Source: Candidatus Latescibacterota bacterium
GTDB lineage: Bacteria; Latescibacterota; UBA2968; UBA8231
Assembly: GCA_965223905.1 (NCBI GenBank)
Contig: CBDCXV010000009.1
Span: 320,001 to 384,000 of the forward strand
Direction: 5' to 3'
DNA: 64,000 bases
Part shown: one piece after another, positions 1 to 9,195 of the stretch
Position numbering within the stretch: position 1 is the stretch's first letter
Layout of the letters: every line of letters starts with the position of its first letter
Program-made: the position numbers and the translations under genes
The notes under the pieces: model-generated
The model's input: the letters and a program-made list of their open reading frames with translations, nothing else
What the model was told of the DNA's origin: nothing
Databases searched by the model: none

Positions 1-951
1 GCTCTTGCTTTAAAACTTACCAGAACGTGGATCGCGGAGGCACAGGGAACACGCCATCCATTACCGGTTGATTGGAATAGAAAGAACTACTGGTTTACGC
101 CGGGTACACTCAACAAGTTCGAGCGATTGAGAGCCGCGTCTAAGAATATTCCGCTCAGAAATAGCCCCGAAGGTTGGGCTGTCCTCCTCAGCTTCACCCT
201 TGCCGTTAGGCTTTGCTCCAGAGCTGACCAGCGCAGCCCAAAACCTTTTATCTCACGGCAAGCCCGAAGTTCAAGGTCTGGCCTGCACTTCGATCCGAAT
301 CGAGTCATCCTCGAACTGTTGGGGCAGCTTTCAGTACTCTATGGTGCCGATCAGCAAGAGGACACTCGGTTTCGTTTCGTTTGCGCCGATGTTTGCGGAC
401 CGGGTCGTCAGTTCCGTAGTTTAGGTAAACATTCACATGCTATCACCTCTCCACCCTACATAAATGCGCAAGATTATTTCCGGAATTTTAAGCTTGAACT
501 GTACCTATTGGAAGGAATCCTGCCCTTAAAAGTGAGTAGCCTTCGAGAACGCTTCGTAGGGACGGAGCGTGGGCAGTTGTTGGAGAAAGTACCCCAGGCA
601 TCCATCGAGAGAGACTACGCATTGTTACCCGAACTAAGTGGTTTAAAAGCCAACTCCCCTCGGCTCTGCGCAGTTGTTCATCGATATCTTTACGATATGA
701 GTAATGCCTTTGACGTGGTAAAAGAGACATTAGAGCACAATGCTTGCCTGGTGGTTGTATGCGGGGACAACCTCGTTGGAGGTCTTAGAATTTTGACTTG
801 GAACGTTCTACACACGATTCTGGAAGAAAAGGGCTTCACGCTCTTCGATCGATTCAGCGATCCAATCAGCGATAGATTACTTGCTCCTAAACGGTTTGGT
901 CATAAAGGGTTGATTAAGGAAGAAATCGTTTCTGCTTATCGTCTGATCTGA
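1..951 (+). CDS. Site-specific DNA methyltransferase (N4-C/N6-A type), 5'-truncated by the window edge
   Basis: Frame 1 is open from base 1 to TGA 949-951. Catalytic motif ITSPPY, followed by VVVCGDN and a C-terminal EEIV. Confidence 0.75.
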   Translation, partial: ALALKLTRTWIAEAQGTRHPLPVDWNRKNYWFTPGTLNKFERLRAASKNIPLRNSPEGWAVLLSFTLAVRLCSRADQRSPKPFISRQARSSRSGLHFDPNRVILELLGQLSVLYGADQQEDTRFRFVCADVCGPGRQFRSLGKHSHAITSPPYINAQDYFRNFKLELYLLEGILPLKVSSLRERFVGTERGQLLEKVPQASIERDYALLPELSGLKANSPRLCAVVHRYLYDMSNAFDVVKETLEHNACLVVVCGDNLVGGLRILTWNVLHTILEEKGFTLFDRFSDPISDRLLAPKRFGHKGLIKEEIVSAYRLI

Positions 952-978
952 GCAGGGCATAACGGAGTTGACGGTGCT

Positions 979-1140
979 TTGGTGAAACAGGCCCTCACCA
1001 AGTTCAAGAACCAAAAACTCACGTCCTTGCTTGAAGTTGGGTTGCCTCGGATGAACATCCCCGACAAGCCCCGAACCAGGGAGGAGAAGTACCGTGTTAC
1101 GGCAAGGGGCATGGATCTGTTGGCCGTATTGGACAGGAAG
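979..1140 (+). pseudogene. Remnant of a Fic-like/RecG-like C-terminal winged-helix segment
   Basis: TKFKNQKLTSLLEVGL..MNIPDKPRTREEKYRVTARG resembles the tail 'FRNQxLxPLLExGLIEMTIPDKPxSxxQKYRLT'. No N-terminal domain is present. Confidence 0.55.
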
Positions 1141-1562
1141 CAGAATTGCCCCGGCCCCCAATTGGAGCATAGCCCGTGTGGATCCATGACAGAGAGGTTG
1201 GCAGGGTCCTGATTGTAGACGATGAACCGGCAGCACGTAATGCCTACGGCTATCCCGTCGAGGAGTTGGGTTTGGAGCCGGTTAAGATCCAGGGACCTGT
1301 TGGGGGTCCAGATTCCTTTCTAGGCCGCGTGGAATCTTCCGATGCCGTAGTCTGCGACTATCGCCTTAAGAAGCACGATTACGCCGCCTGCGATGGGGAT
1401 GTCCTTGTGGCGGAATGCTACAAGGCTGGCATACCGGCTACGCTCTGTACCACCTACACCGATGCCGGCGTTACAATCCGCCGCGACTGTCTGAGGTACA
1501 TCCCGGCTTTCCTCAAAACCAACAGTTCGGAGCCTGACGCGCTCATTGGGGCTTGGGAAAAA

Positions 1563-3168
1563 GTAACCGTTCAGTCCCCCCTGCAGTAGTTTGAGCATAT
1601 AAAGAAATACCTACGCGGGTTTTGGGGTTCGTCGGTATCTTCGGGAATCGGTTGTGTGTTGCAGATTTCCCTGGATACGGCGACCCCATGAAGAGACCCC
1701 CTGAGAGTGCGATTTCCGAAGGCGACTTGCGTCAGCGCATTGTCCAGCTCGAGCAAATCGTGGAACAACAGACGGCGCGGATCGCCGAGCTGGAGCGGGA
1801 ATTGGCCCGCCGCGGTGCCCGGGCCGCCTCGTCGGAATCGGGCGCTTCCTCCTCGCCTCGCACCGACGCCTCCCGACGCCGATCCTCGGGGCGCTCGCCG
1901 GGCGGACAGCCCGGGCACGAAGGACACGGCCGCTCGTGGGTATCGGTGGAGCAGGTGGACGAACTGATCCCCGTCAAGCCGAGTACGTGCCACGGATGCG
2001 GGCACCTGTTGACGGGAGACGATCCCCATCCGCAGCGTCACCAGGCAGTCGTCATCCCGCCGGTGCGGGCCGAGGTCATCGAGTATCAGTTGCACACCCT
2101 GCGCTGCGGTCACTGCGACCGCCTGACCGAAGCCGGTTGGCCCGAGGGCGTATCGCGGCACACCTTCGGTCCCAGCGTGCAAGCCTGGGTCGGCCTGTTG
2201 GCCGGGGCCTACCGGCTGAGCAAGCGCAACATCCGGGCGCTGTTGTCCGACGCCTTCGGCCTGGAGGTGTCGCTGGGTACCGTCAGCCGGCTGGAACAGG
2301 AAGTGGCCACGGCCCTGGCGGGTGCGGTCGAGGAGGCGCGCGCCTTCGTTCGCCGACAGGGCATCGTCAACGTCGACGAGACCGGCTGGCGCCAGCGCCG
2401 CGCCAAGGCCTGGTTGTGGACCGCGGTGACGGACGGCGTCACCGTGTTCTCCATCCGCAAAAGACGTAACCGCGACGGGGTCGATGAGATGCTGGGTGCG
2501 GATAACCGGGCGGTGGTCGGCTGCGATCGCTATTCGGCCTACGCGCATCTGCCGCTGCGACGCCGGCAAGTCTGCTGGGCTCACCTGCGGCGCGCCTTCG
2601 AGGAGTTCGTGGCCCGGGGCGGAGAGGCCGAGCGCGTCGGTCAACACCTGTTGGACCGCAGCGAGCAGCTGTTTACCTGGTGGCATCAAGTCCGCGACGG
2701 TACCCTGTCCCGCGCCCGCTTCCAGGACTATATCGACGATTTGTGTCTGCGCTTTCGGTTTCATTTGTGCTATGGGCAGCAGTTCGCCGACGCCAAGACG
2801 GCGGCCACCTGCGCCAATCTCCTCGACCTCGGGCCGGCCCTGTGGACCTTCGCACGCCGGCCCGGCGTCGAGCCGACCAACAACGACGCCGAACGAGCCC
2901 TTCGCCATGGCGTGTTGTGGCGTCACACCAGCTTCGGCACCCACAGTGCCGAAGGCAGCCGTTTCGTAGAGCGCCTGCTCACGGTGCGCGATACCCTGCG
3001 CCAGCAGCAGCGCAACGTCCTCGACTATCTCAGGATGGCCTGTGACGCCGCCGTGTCTAAGCAGCCGGCGCCCTCGCTGCTGCCTTCAACCCACTCCCCC
3101 ATTCGTTAATAGTCAACCTGCTACCATTCCGCCCCCGCCCCAACCTGCCAGGGGAACTGAACGGTTAC
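1563..3168 (+). mobile_element. IS66-family insertion sequence (single-ORF, ISBst12-like group)
   Basis: Terminal inverted repeats GTAACCGTTCAGTCCCC (1563-) and GGGGAACTGAACGGTTAC (-3168) enclose one transposase ORF. Confidence 0.9.
1688..3109 (+). CDS. IS66-family DDE transposase
   Basis: N-terminal coiled coil, PGGQPGHEG, CxxC zinc ribbons, NVDETGW, CDRYSAY, QVCWAHLRR, EPTNNDAERALR. Confidence 0.92.
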   Translation: MKRPPESAISEGDLRQRIVQLEQIVEQQTARIAELERELARRGARAASSESGASSSPRTDASRRRSSGRSPGGQPGHEGHGRSWVSVEQVDELIPVKPSTCHGCGHLLTGDDPHPQRHQAVVIPPVRAEVIEYQLHTLRCGHCDRLTEAGWPEGVSRHTFGPSVQAWVGLLAGAYRLSKRNIRALLSDAFGLEVSLGTVSRLEQEVATALAGAVEEARAFVRRQGIVNVDETGWRQRRAKAWLWTAVTDGVTVFSIRKRRNRDGVDEMLGADNRAVVGCDRYSAYAHLPLRRRQVCWAHLRRAFEEFVARGGEAERVGQHLLDRSEQLFTWWHQVRDGTLSRARFQDYIDDLCLRFRFHLCYGQQFADAKTAATCANLLDLGPALWTFARRPGVEPTNNDAERALRHGVLWRHTSFGTHSAEGSRFVERLLTVRDTLRQQQRNVLDYLRMACDAAVSKQPAPSLLPSTHSPIR

Positions 3169-3648
3169 CCGAGATGAGCGGCATATTCCTTCCCTCGAGG
3201 AGACCGTGGCGTTCGCTTGTTCGAGTTGAGGAGGTCGATCACGAGCGAGGATGTTTCTACGCGGTGGTGTCATCGTGGGATGTTCACAAGAAGATCAGGA
3301 TCGACAATGACGGTGTCCCGGGTGAGATACTGAAACGGCTACAGCCGGGCAGACGATTCCATGCCGAAGTCAACACCGGCGCGGAGAGCCATGAGGATTT
3401 GTTCTTTGTATCCTGGGAACCCGATGACCACCTGGAGAAGGAGAACCCACAGACTTTCGCAGATCTGCTGCTCGCGATTTCCCAGGATGACGAAGAGTTC
3501 GAGCGCCTTCGGTTGCAGCCCCGGCCGGTCGATTTCTGATGTTTCCACGGCGCTTTATTTTTCGATTCAGCGCAGATAGGGCGATTCAAAAGTTCCGCAC
3601 AAAGAAAAAGGGCGCAGGGGACTATCAGGAGATGGAAGTGGTGCGCGT

Positions 3649-4235
3649 ATGAGCGCCAAGACCGTTGCCATACCGGATTGGAATCCTCGGGTATCCTGCC
3701 ACCGATCAGTTCTGCGGACTCTGCGTCGAGGGACCGCTCTCCGTACCGTGCAAGGCTCGTGGATTTCGTATTGCGGTTCGGGGACACCGCACCTCGTCAA
3801 GACCTCGTGGAGGGGTTACTGAACTTCCGTGTTGCCCTGGCGCAAATTGGCCTTGTGAATGGTTTTCAATGGGTCGACGGCAGCTTCCTCGAAGACATCG
3901 AGACGATAGAAAGTCGTAACCCAGGCGATATCGACGTCGTCACTTTCTTCCATCTGGCCGGAGAAGAGACTCAGGAGACGCTGTTTACGGCAGCGTCCCG
4001 GATCTTCAGTCCTGAGGATACCAAACAAAATTATCGTGTCGATGCTTATTTCGTGCAGTTGAATGGCGCTACCGTGGAGCTGGTTGTCGATCAAGCCACA
4101 TATTGGTACAGTCTCTGGTCTCATAGACGCAATGGTCAATGGAAAGGGTATCTCCAGATTGACCTTTCCCCATCTGAAGACCAGGAGGCCAGGGTCAACC
4201 TTGATGAAATGAGAAAACAAGGAGGCGACCCGTGA
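3649..4235 (+). CDS. DUF6932-like polymerase-beta-superfamily nucleotidyltransferase; 1-nt frameshift near 3688
   Basis: Motif QWVDGSF...PGDIDVVTF. ATG 3649 gives MSAKTVAIPDWNP, which joins GILPPIS in another frame, matching the usual IPxWNxxGxLPP start. Confidence 0.65.
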
Positions 4236-5128
4236 ACATACGCGAGTACCACCAGCTCCAGGCGGAGCGGACCACCCTGGATGATTTGCTCGAGAGGCTA
4301 CCTCCGGAAAATATGATCGAACGAACCGGTCTGGAATTCCGCAAAAAGGAGGTGGAGGAAGCACTCGCTTCCCAGCCGGAGCCGTCCAGAAACCCCACCC
4401 GGGTGTGTCTGACCTTTCGCGGAAAACCCATCGCAGGATCCCATGGGATTTTCGCGGATTTCGGGGCGGAGGCCGTTCAGGCATTTACGAATACGGTTGC
4501 CACCATGGGCGCCAGCCAACATGCACCGCTCGGGTCGCGTGGTGCGATACCCAACCGTGAGGAGTACCGCCTGCTGATAACCGGCACGGCATCAGGATCA
4601 TTCGGTTTCGAATTGGAAGAGGCCGGGTACGACCTTTTTCCCGAATCCTCTCCGGTCGAGTCGGCAATTGTCCAGACAATGGAAATTCTTGAGGCTACGG
4701 TTGGAGCAGACGAAGTATTGGCGAATGCCGTTTCCGAAGCCGACCCGCGAGCGCTTGAGGCGCTGCGTGGGTTCCTGGGAACGATGGCGGATCAAGACGC
4801 GGTATGCACGGTTGAATTCAACGACGATGTTTTCCGGTTTGTGGACGTGGGCCAGGTCCGACGAAGCCAAGGCCGCCTGAGTCCGGAGAACATTCATGAA
4901 GAAGTGCGGGAAATCACAGGGCGTATTATTGGGGTATTGCCCTTCCGTCGTTCGTTCGAATTTCTGGAAGATGAAACAGGAGAATTGATCTCGGGCCGGA
5001 TCGATCGCGCTATCGAAGATGCTGCGGAAATTAATCAGGTTCTCAACAGATCCTTGAAGATCCGCGTGGATTCCAAACAGGTAGGAACAGCAAGCCCTCG
5101 TTACGTCCTTTTGGAATACGACATATAA
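4232..5128 (+). CDS. Hypothetical protein translationally coupled to the nucleotidyltransferase
   Basis: 298-aa ORF with GTGA overlap and GGAGG SD. Motif LLITGTASGSFGFELEE; beta-rich C-terminus. Confidence 0.75.
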   Translation: MNIREYHQLQAERTTLDDLLERLPPENMIERTGLEFRKKEVEEALASQPEPSRNPTRVCLTFRGKPIAGSHGIFADFGAEAVQAFTNTVATMGASQHAPLGSRGAIPNREEYRLLITGTASGSFGFELEEAGYDLFPESSPVESAIVQTMEILEATVGADEVLANAVSEADPRALEALRGFLGTMADQDAVCTVEFNDDVFRFVDVGQVRRSQGRLSPENIHEEVREITGRIIGVLPFRRSFEFLEDETGELISGRIDRAIEDAAEINQVLNRSLKIRVDSKQVGTASPRYVLLEYDI

Positions 5129-5164
5129 CGGCACTTGATCCTTCGATCCCGGTCGGGTAGGAGA

Positions 5165-8100
5165 ATGACCCCGATCCTCTATACCGAGGACACCCTCGTT
5201 CAGCAGACCACCGCCGATTACCTGGAGCAGCGGCTCGGCTGGGAGTCTATCTACGCCTACAACCGCGAGGACTTCGGCCCCACCAGCCTGCTCGGCCGTG
5301 GCTCGGACCGCGAGATGGTTCTGGAGCTGACCCTTCGTGGGAAACTTGCGGAGCTTAACCCCGGCCTGTCCGATTCCGCGTACGACGACGCCGTACGGCA
5401 GATCACCGCCGTTTCCGCTTCCCAGACCTTTGTCGCCACTAACCGTGAGAAGTACAAGCTGGTAAGGGACGGCGTGCAGGTCGCCTTTAACAACGATCAG
5501 GGCCAGCGGGAGTCGCGCCTCCTGCGCCTGTTCGACTTCGCCGAGCCGGCCAACAATCATTTCCTGTGCGTGCGCGAGCTGTGGGTGCAGGGGGATCTCT
5601 ACCGCCGCCGCGCCGACATCGTCGGCTTCGTCAATGGCCTGCCCCTGCTGTTCATCGAGTGCAAGAACATCCACCGCGACCTCAAGGCCGCCTTCGAGGG
5701 GAACTACTCCGACTACCGCGACACCATTCCCCACCTCTTCCACCACAACGCAGTGGTGATGTTCGCCAACGGCGAGAAGGCGAAGATCGGCTCCATCACC
5801 AGCCGCTGGGAACACTTCCACGAGTGGAAGCGCCTGGCCGAGGAGGAGCCGGGTGTGGTCGACATGGAGACGCTGCTCAAGGGGGTCTGCGACAAGCGCA
5901 ACTTCATGGACCTGGTGGAGAACTTCATCCTCTTCGACGATTCCTCGGGTGAGACGCGGAAGATCCTGGCTCGCAACCACCAGTTCCTCGGCGTCAACAG
6001 GGCGGTCGAAGCGGTGCGCGACCGCGAGAAGCGGCAGGGCCGGCTCGGTGTCTTCTGGCACACCCAGGGTGCCGGCAAGAGCTACTCGATGGTGATGTTC
6101 ACCCGCAAGGTGCATCGCAAGGTGGGAAGGAATTTCACCTTCCTGGTGCTGACCGACCGGGAAGATCTCGACCGCCAGATCTACAAGACCTTCGCTGGCT
6201 GCGGCGTGGTGGATCACGACCGCGACCCCTGCCGGGCGGCAGACGGAAAGCACCTCGGCCGCTTGCTGGCCGAGCACAAGTCCCACGTCTTCTCGCTGAT
6301 CCAGAAGTTCAACCTGGACCCGGGCGCCGGCTACACGATGCGCAGCGACATCGTCGTCATCACCGACGAGGCGCACCGCACCCAGTACGGGACGCTGGCG
6401 CTCAACATGCGCAACGCAATCCCCAACGCCAGTTACATCGGTTTTACCGGCACTCCGCTGTTCACCGACGATGAGATCACCCGGCGCGTTTTCGGCGAGT
6501 ACGTGTCGACCTACGATTTCCAGCGCGCGGTGGAGGACGAGGCCACGGTGCGGCTCTACTACGACGCTCGCGGCGACAAGCTGGGCGTTGCCATCGGCGA
6601 CCTGAACGAGCGCATCGCCGACAAGCTGGATGAGTTCGACATCGAGGACGTCGACGTGGAGCAGCGCCTGGAGCAAGACCTGAAGCGGGACTATCACGTC
6701 GTCACCGCGGGCAGGCGTCTCGACCAGGTAGCGCGGGACTTCGTGCAGCACTATTCCGCGGCCTGGGAGACCGGAAAGTCAATGCTGGTCTGTATCGACA
6801 AGATCACCTGTGTGCGCATGCATGCGCTGATCGAGCGCTATTGGAACGAGCGCATCGAGGAACTGGAGGAGGAGCAGAAGTTTACTGACGACGAACAGGA
6901 GGAGATTTATCTCCAGCGGCAGGTCGAGTGGATGCGGGAGACCCGAATCGCCGTGGTGGTGAGCGAAGAGCAGGGGGAGGTGGCGAAGTTCCGCAAGTGG
7001 GAGCTGGACATCACCCCGCACCGGAGGCTCATCAAGAATGGTATGGACCTGCCGGAGTCGATGCGCAGCAAGCCGCAGTTCCGCCGAAAGCAGCGGATGG
7101 CGGTCGACGAAGCCTTCAAGGCGGAGGAGCACCCGTTCCGCATCGCCATCGTCTGCGCCATGTGGCTGACCGGTTTCGACGTGCCCAGCCTCTCCACGCT
7201 CTACCTCGACAAACCGCTCAAGGCCCACACCCTGATGCAGGCCATCGCCCGCGCAAACCGGGTCAACGAGGGCAAGAACAACGGCCTGATCGTCGACTAT
7301 TGCGGCATCCTCAGGCACCTGCGCAAGGCCCTGGCGACCTTTGCCGGTACCGCCGACGAAGGTGGAGGAGGAGGCGTCGGCGGAGAGATCGATCCTGTGC
7401 AACCGGGAAAGGAGCTGCTCGCCGGCCTCGCCGAAGCGATCGCCATGGTGCGCTCTTTCCTCGAAGAACGCCGTGCGCCGCTCGACGACGTCATCCGCAA
7501 GACCGGTTTCGAGCGCAACGCGGCCATCGTGGCCTGCAAGGAAGCGGCCAACGAGAACGACGAGACCCGCAAGCGCTTCGAGGTGATCTGCCGCGAGGTG
7601 TTCAGAAAGTTCAAGGCCTGCATCAACCTGGGGGGCGTTAACGCCTACCGGGGGGATCGCGACGCCATCGACGCCGTGTACCGGAGCCTTCAGCAGGACC
7701 GCGAGCAGGCCGACATCACCGACATCATCCGTGCCCTCCACGGAGTGGTGGACGAGGCTATCGACCTGCGGCAGGAAGGCGTTGGCGAGGGTCCCCGGGA
7801 GCCGTTGGACATCAGCCTGATCGACTTCGACCGGCTCAAGCGGGAGTTCGAGGGCAGTCCCGCCAAGCGGACGACAGTGCAGTCCCTCAAGGAGGCAGTG
7901 GAGGAGAGGCTCCGGCGCCTGCTGGCCTGCAACCCGCTGCGGACCGATTTCCAGAAGCATTTCGAGGAGATCGTCAAAGAGTACAACCGGGAGAAGGACC
8001 GGGTGACCATCGAGCATACCTTCGAGGCATTGCTCAACCTCGTGAAGGAGCTGGATGCGGAGGAAAAGCGGGCCTTCAATACGGGATTGAACGAGGAATC

Positions 8101-8416
8101 GCTGGCGATCTTCGACCTTCTGCAGAAACCGGATCTCGGGGCACGCGACATCAACCGCATCAAGATGGTCTCCATGGAGCTGCTGCGAACCTTGAAAGAG
8201 GGGAAGCTCCGCGTCGAACAGTGGCGCGAGAAGGAGGCGACCAGGGCTGCGGTCAAGGGCGAGATCCAGGACTTCCTGTGGAGCGACGTAACCGGGCTGC
8301 CGCCCGACACCTACACGGATGACGATGTGCAAGTGAGAGTGGATGACGTTTTCCGTCACGTATACCGGGCCTACCCGACGGTGCCCTCCCCTTACTACGT
8401 GAGCGACGCCGCGTGA
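5165..8416 (+). CDS. hsdR: Type I restriction endonuclease subunit R
   Basis: Nuclease motif RRADIVGFVNGLPLLFIECK, Walker A HTQGAGKS, DEAHR, FTGTP, MWLTGFDVP, LMQAIARANR. Confidence 0.95.
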   Translation: MTPILYTEDTLVQQTTADYLEQRLGWESIYAYNREDFGPTSLLGRGSDREMVLELTLRGKLAELNPGLSDSAYDDAVRQITAVSASQTFVATNREKYKLVRDGVQVAFNNDQGQRESRLLRLFDFAEPANNHFLCVRELWVQGDLYRRRADIVGFVNGLPLLFIECKNIHRDLKAAFEGNYSDYRDTIPHLFHHNAVVMFANGEKAKIGSITSRWEHFHEWKRLAEEEPGVVDMETLLKGVCDKRNFMDLVENFILFDDSSGETRKILARNHQFLGVNRAVEAVRDREKRQGRLGVFWHTQGAGKSYSMVMFTRKVHRKVGRNFTFLVLTDREDLDRQIYKTFAGCGVVDHDRDPCRAADGKHLGRLLAEHKSHVFSLIQKFNLDPGAGYTMRSDIVVITDEAHRTQYGTLALNMRNAIPNASYIGFTGTPLFTDDEITRRVFGEYVSTYDFQRAVEDEATVRLYYDARGDKLGVAIGDLNERIADKLDEFDIEDVDVEQRLEQDLKRDYHVVTAGRRLDQVARDFVQHYSAAWETGKSMLVCIDKITCVRMHALIERYWNERIEELEEEQKFTDDEQEEIYLQRQVEWMRETRIAVVVSEEQGEVAKFRKWELDITPHRRLIKNGMDLPESMRSKPQFRRKQRMAVDEAFKAEEHPFRIAIVCAMWLTGFDVPSLSTLYLDKPLKAHTLMQAIARANRVNEGKNNGLIVDYCGILRHLRKALATFAGTADEGGGGGVGGEIDPVQPGKELLAGLAEAIAMVRSFLEERRAPLDDVIRKTGFERNAAIVACKEAANENDETRKRFEVICREVFRKFKACINLGGVNAYRGDRDAIDAVYRSLQQDREQADITDIIRALHGVVDEAIDLRQEGVGEGPREPLDISLIDFDRLKREFEGSPAKRTTVQSLKEAVEERLRRLLACNPLRTDFQKHFEEIVKEYNREKDRVTIEHTFEALLNLVKELDAEEKRAFNTGLNEESLAIFDLLQKPDLGARDINRIKMVSMELLRTLKEGKLRVEQWREKEATRAAVKGEIQDFLWSDVTGLPPDTYTDDDVQVRVDDVFRHVYRAYPTVPSPYYVSDAA

Positions 8417-8595
8417 ACTTCCGCGGCCCGCAACAGGCCCCGGCCCGGGGTTGATTTTTCGCGGCTCGCGGCCAAAGTTCCCCACATGGCCGCGGGCGCG
8501 GACCGGCCGGCCGATACCGGCCCAGCAGCGCCGGGCTCAAAACGCGGACCGGGAAGCGCCCGCAACTCGTTCCGCCCAATCTGCAGGGGATTCCA

Positions 8596-9063
8596 ATGAC
8601 TGAAAAAGCGATGTTCGGAGCCGGCTGTTTCTGGGGGGTGGAAGCCGCCTTCCTCGAGGTTCCCGGGGTCGTCGACGTCGCCTCCGGCTATTCCGGTGGC
8701 CGCACCGACAACCCGACCTACCGGCAGGTGTGCAGCGATACCACCGGCCACGCCGAGGTGGTCGAGATCGACTTCGATCCCGAGAAGGTCTCCTACGAGC
8801 GGCTCGTCGAGCTCTTCTTCGACATCCACGATCCCACCACCCTCAACAGGCAGGGGCCGGACTTCGGCTCGCAGTACCGCTCCGCCATCTTCTACCACAC
8901 CCCGGAGCAGCGGGACGCGGCGGAGCGGGTGAAGGAAGAGCGGGAGGCATCCGGTCGGCACGGCCGCCCCATCGTCACCGAGGTGACCGCGGCGGAGCCC
9001 TTCTACCGGGCCGAGGAGTACCACCAGCGCTACTTTCAGCGGCGCGGGATCGCCCACCATTAG
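8596..9063 (+). CDS. msrA: Peptide-methionine (S)-S-oxide reductase
   Basis: FGAGCFWG, GHAEVV, HDPTTLNRQG, AEEYHQRY. Confidence 0.97.
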   Translation: MTEKAMFGAGCFWGVEAAFLEVPGVVDVASGYSGGRTDNPTYRQVCSDTTGHAEVVEIDFDPEKVSYERLVELFFDIHDPTTLNRQGPDFGSQYRSAIFYHTPEQRDAAERVKEEREASGRHGRPIVTEVTAAEPFYRAEEYHQRYFQRRGIAHH

Positions 9064-9102
9064 AACAGCTGGACCAGCATTTCCCATGAGATCGGAGCGG
9101 CA

Positions 9103-9195
9103 GTGAACGACAGGGCGCTGTACGAACGCGCGACGCAGCTCATTCCCGGCGGCGTCAACAGCCCGGTGCGGGCCTTCAAGGCGGAGGGAAAGTGA
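9103..9195 (+). repeat. Diverged tandem copy of the hemL 5' end, forming a 30-aa leader ORF
   Basis: GTG 9103 to TGA 9195 encodes [30 protein letters not shown]; HemL begins [30 protein letters not shown]. Confidence 0.85.

Larger units (their letters stand above)
1176..3538 (+). pseudogene. Response-regulator receiver-domain protein with extra C-terminal domain, split by IS66 (N-part 1176-1562, C-part 3169-3538)
   Basis: Receiver motifs RVLIVDDE, VVCDY (acceptor Asp), LCTT and FLK. Reading breaks at WEK at the left IS end and plausible coding resumes (EMSGIFLPSRRPWRSLVRV...) right after the right end. Confidence 0.65.

Noticed and set aside
4598-8485. Long antisense ORFs (717 aa and 568 aa) opposite hsdR, and similar ones opposite most genes
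   Set aside because: Expected from high-GC codon bias; no recognisable motifs.
8596-9063. MsrA as a second selenoprotein
   Set aside because: The active site is TGT (Cys) and the stop is TAG.
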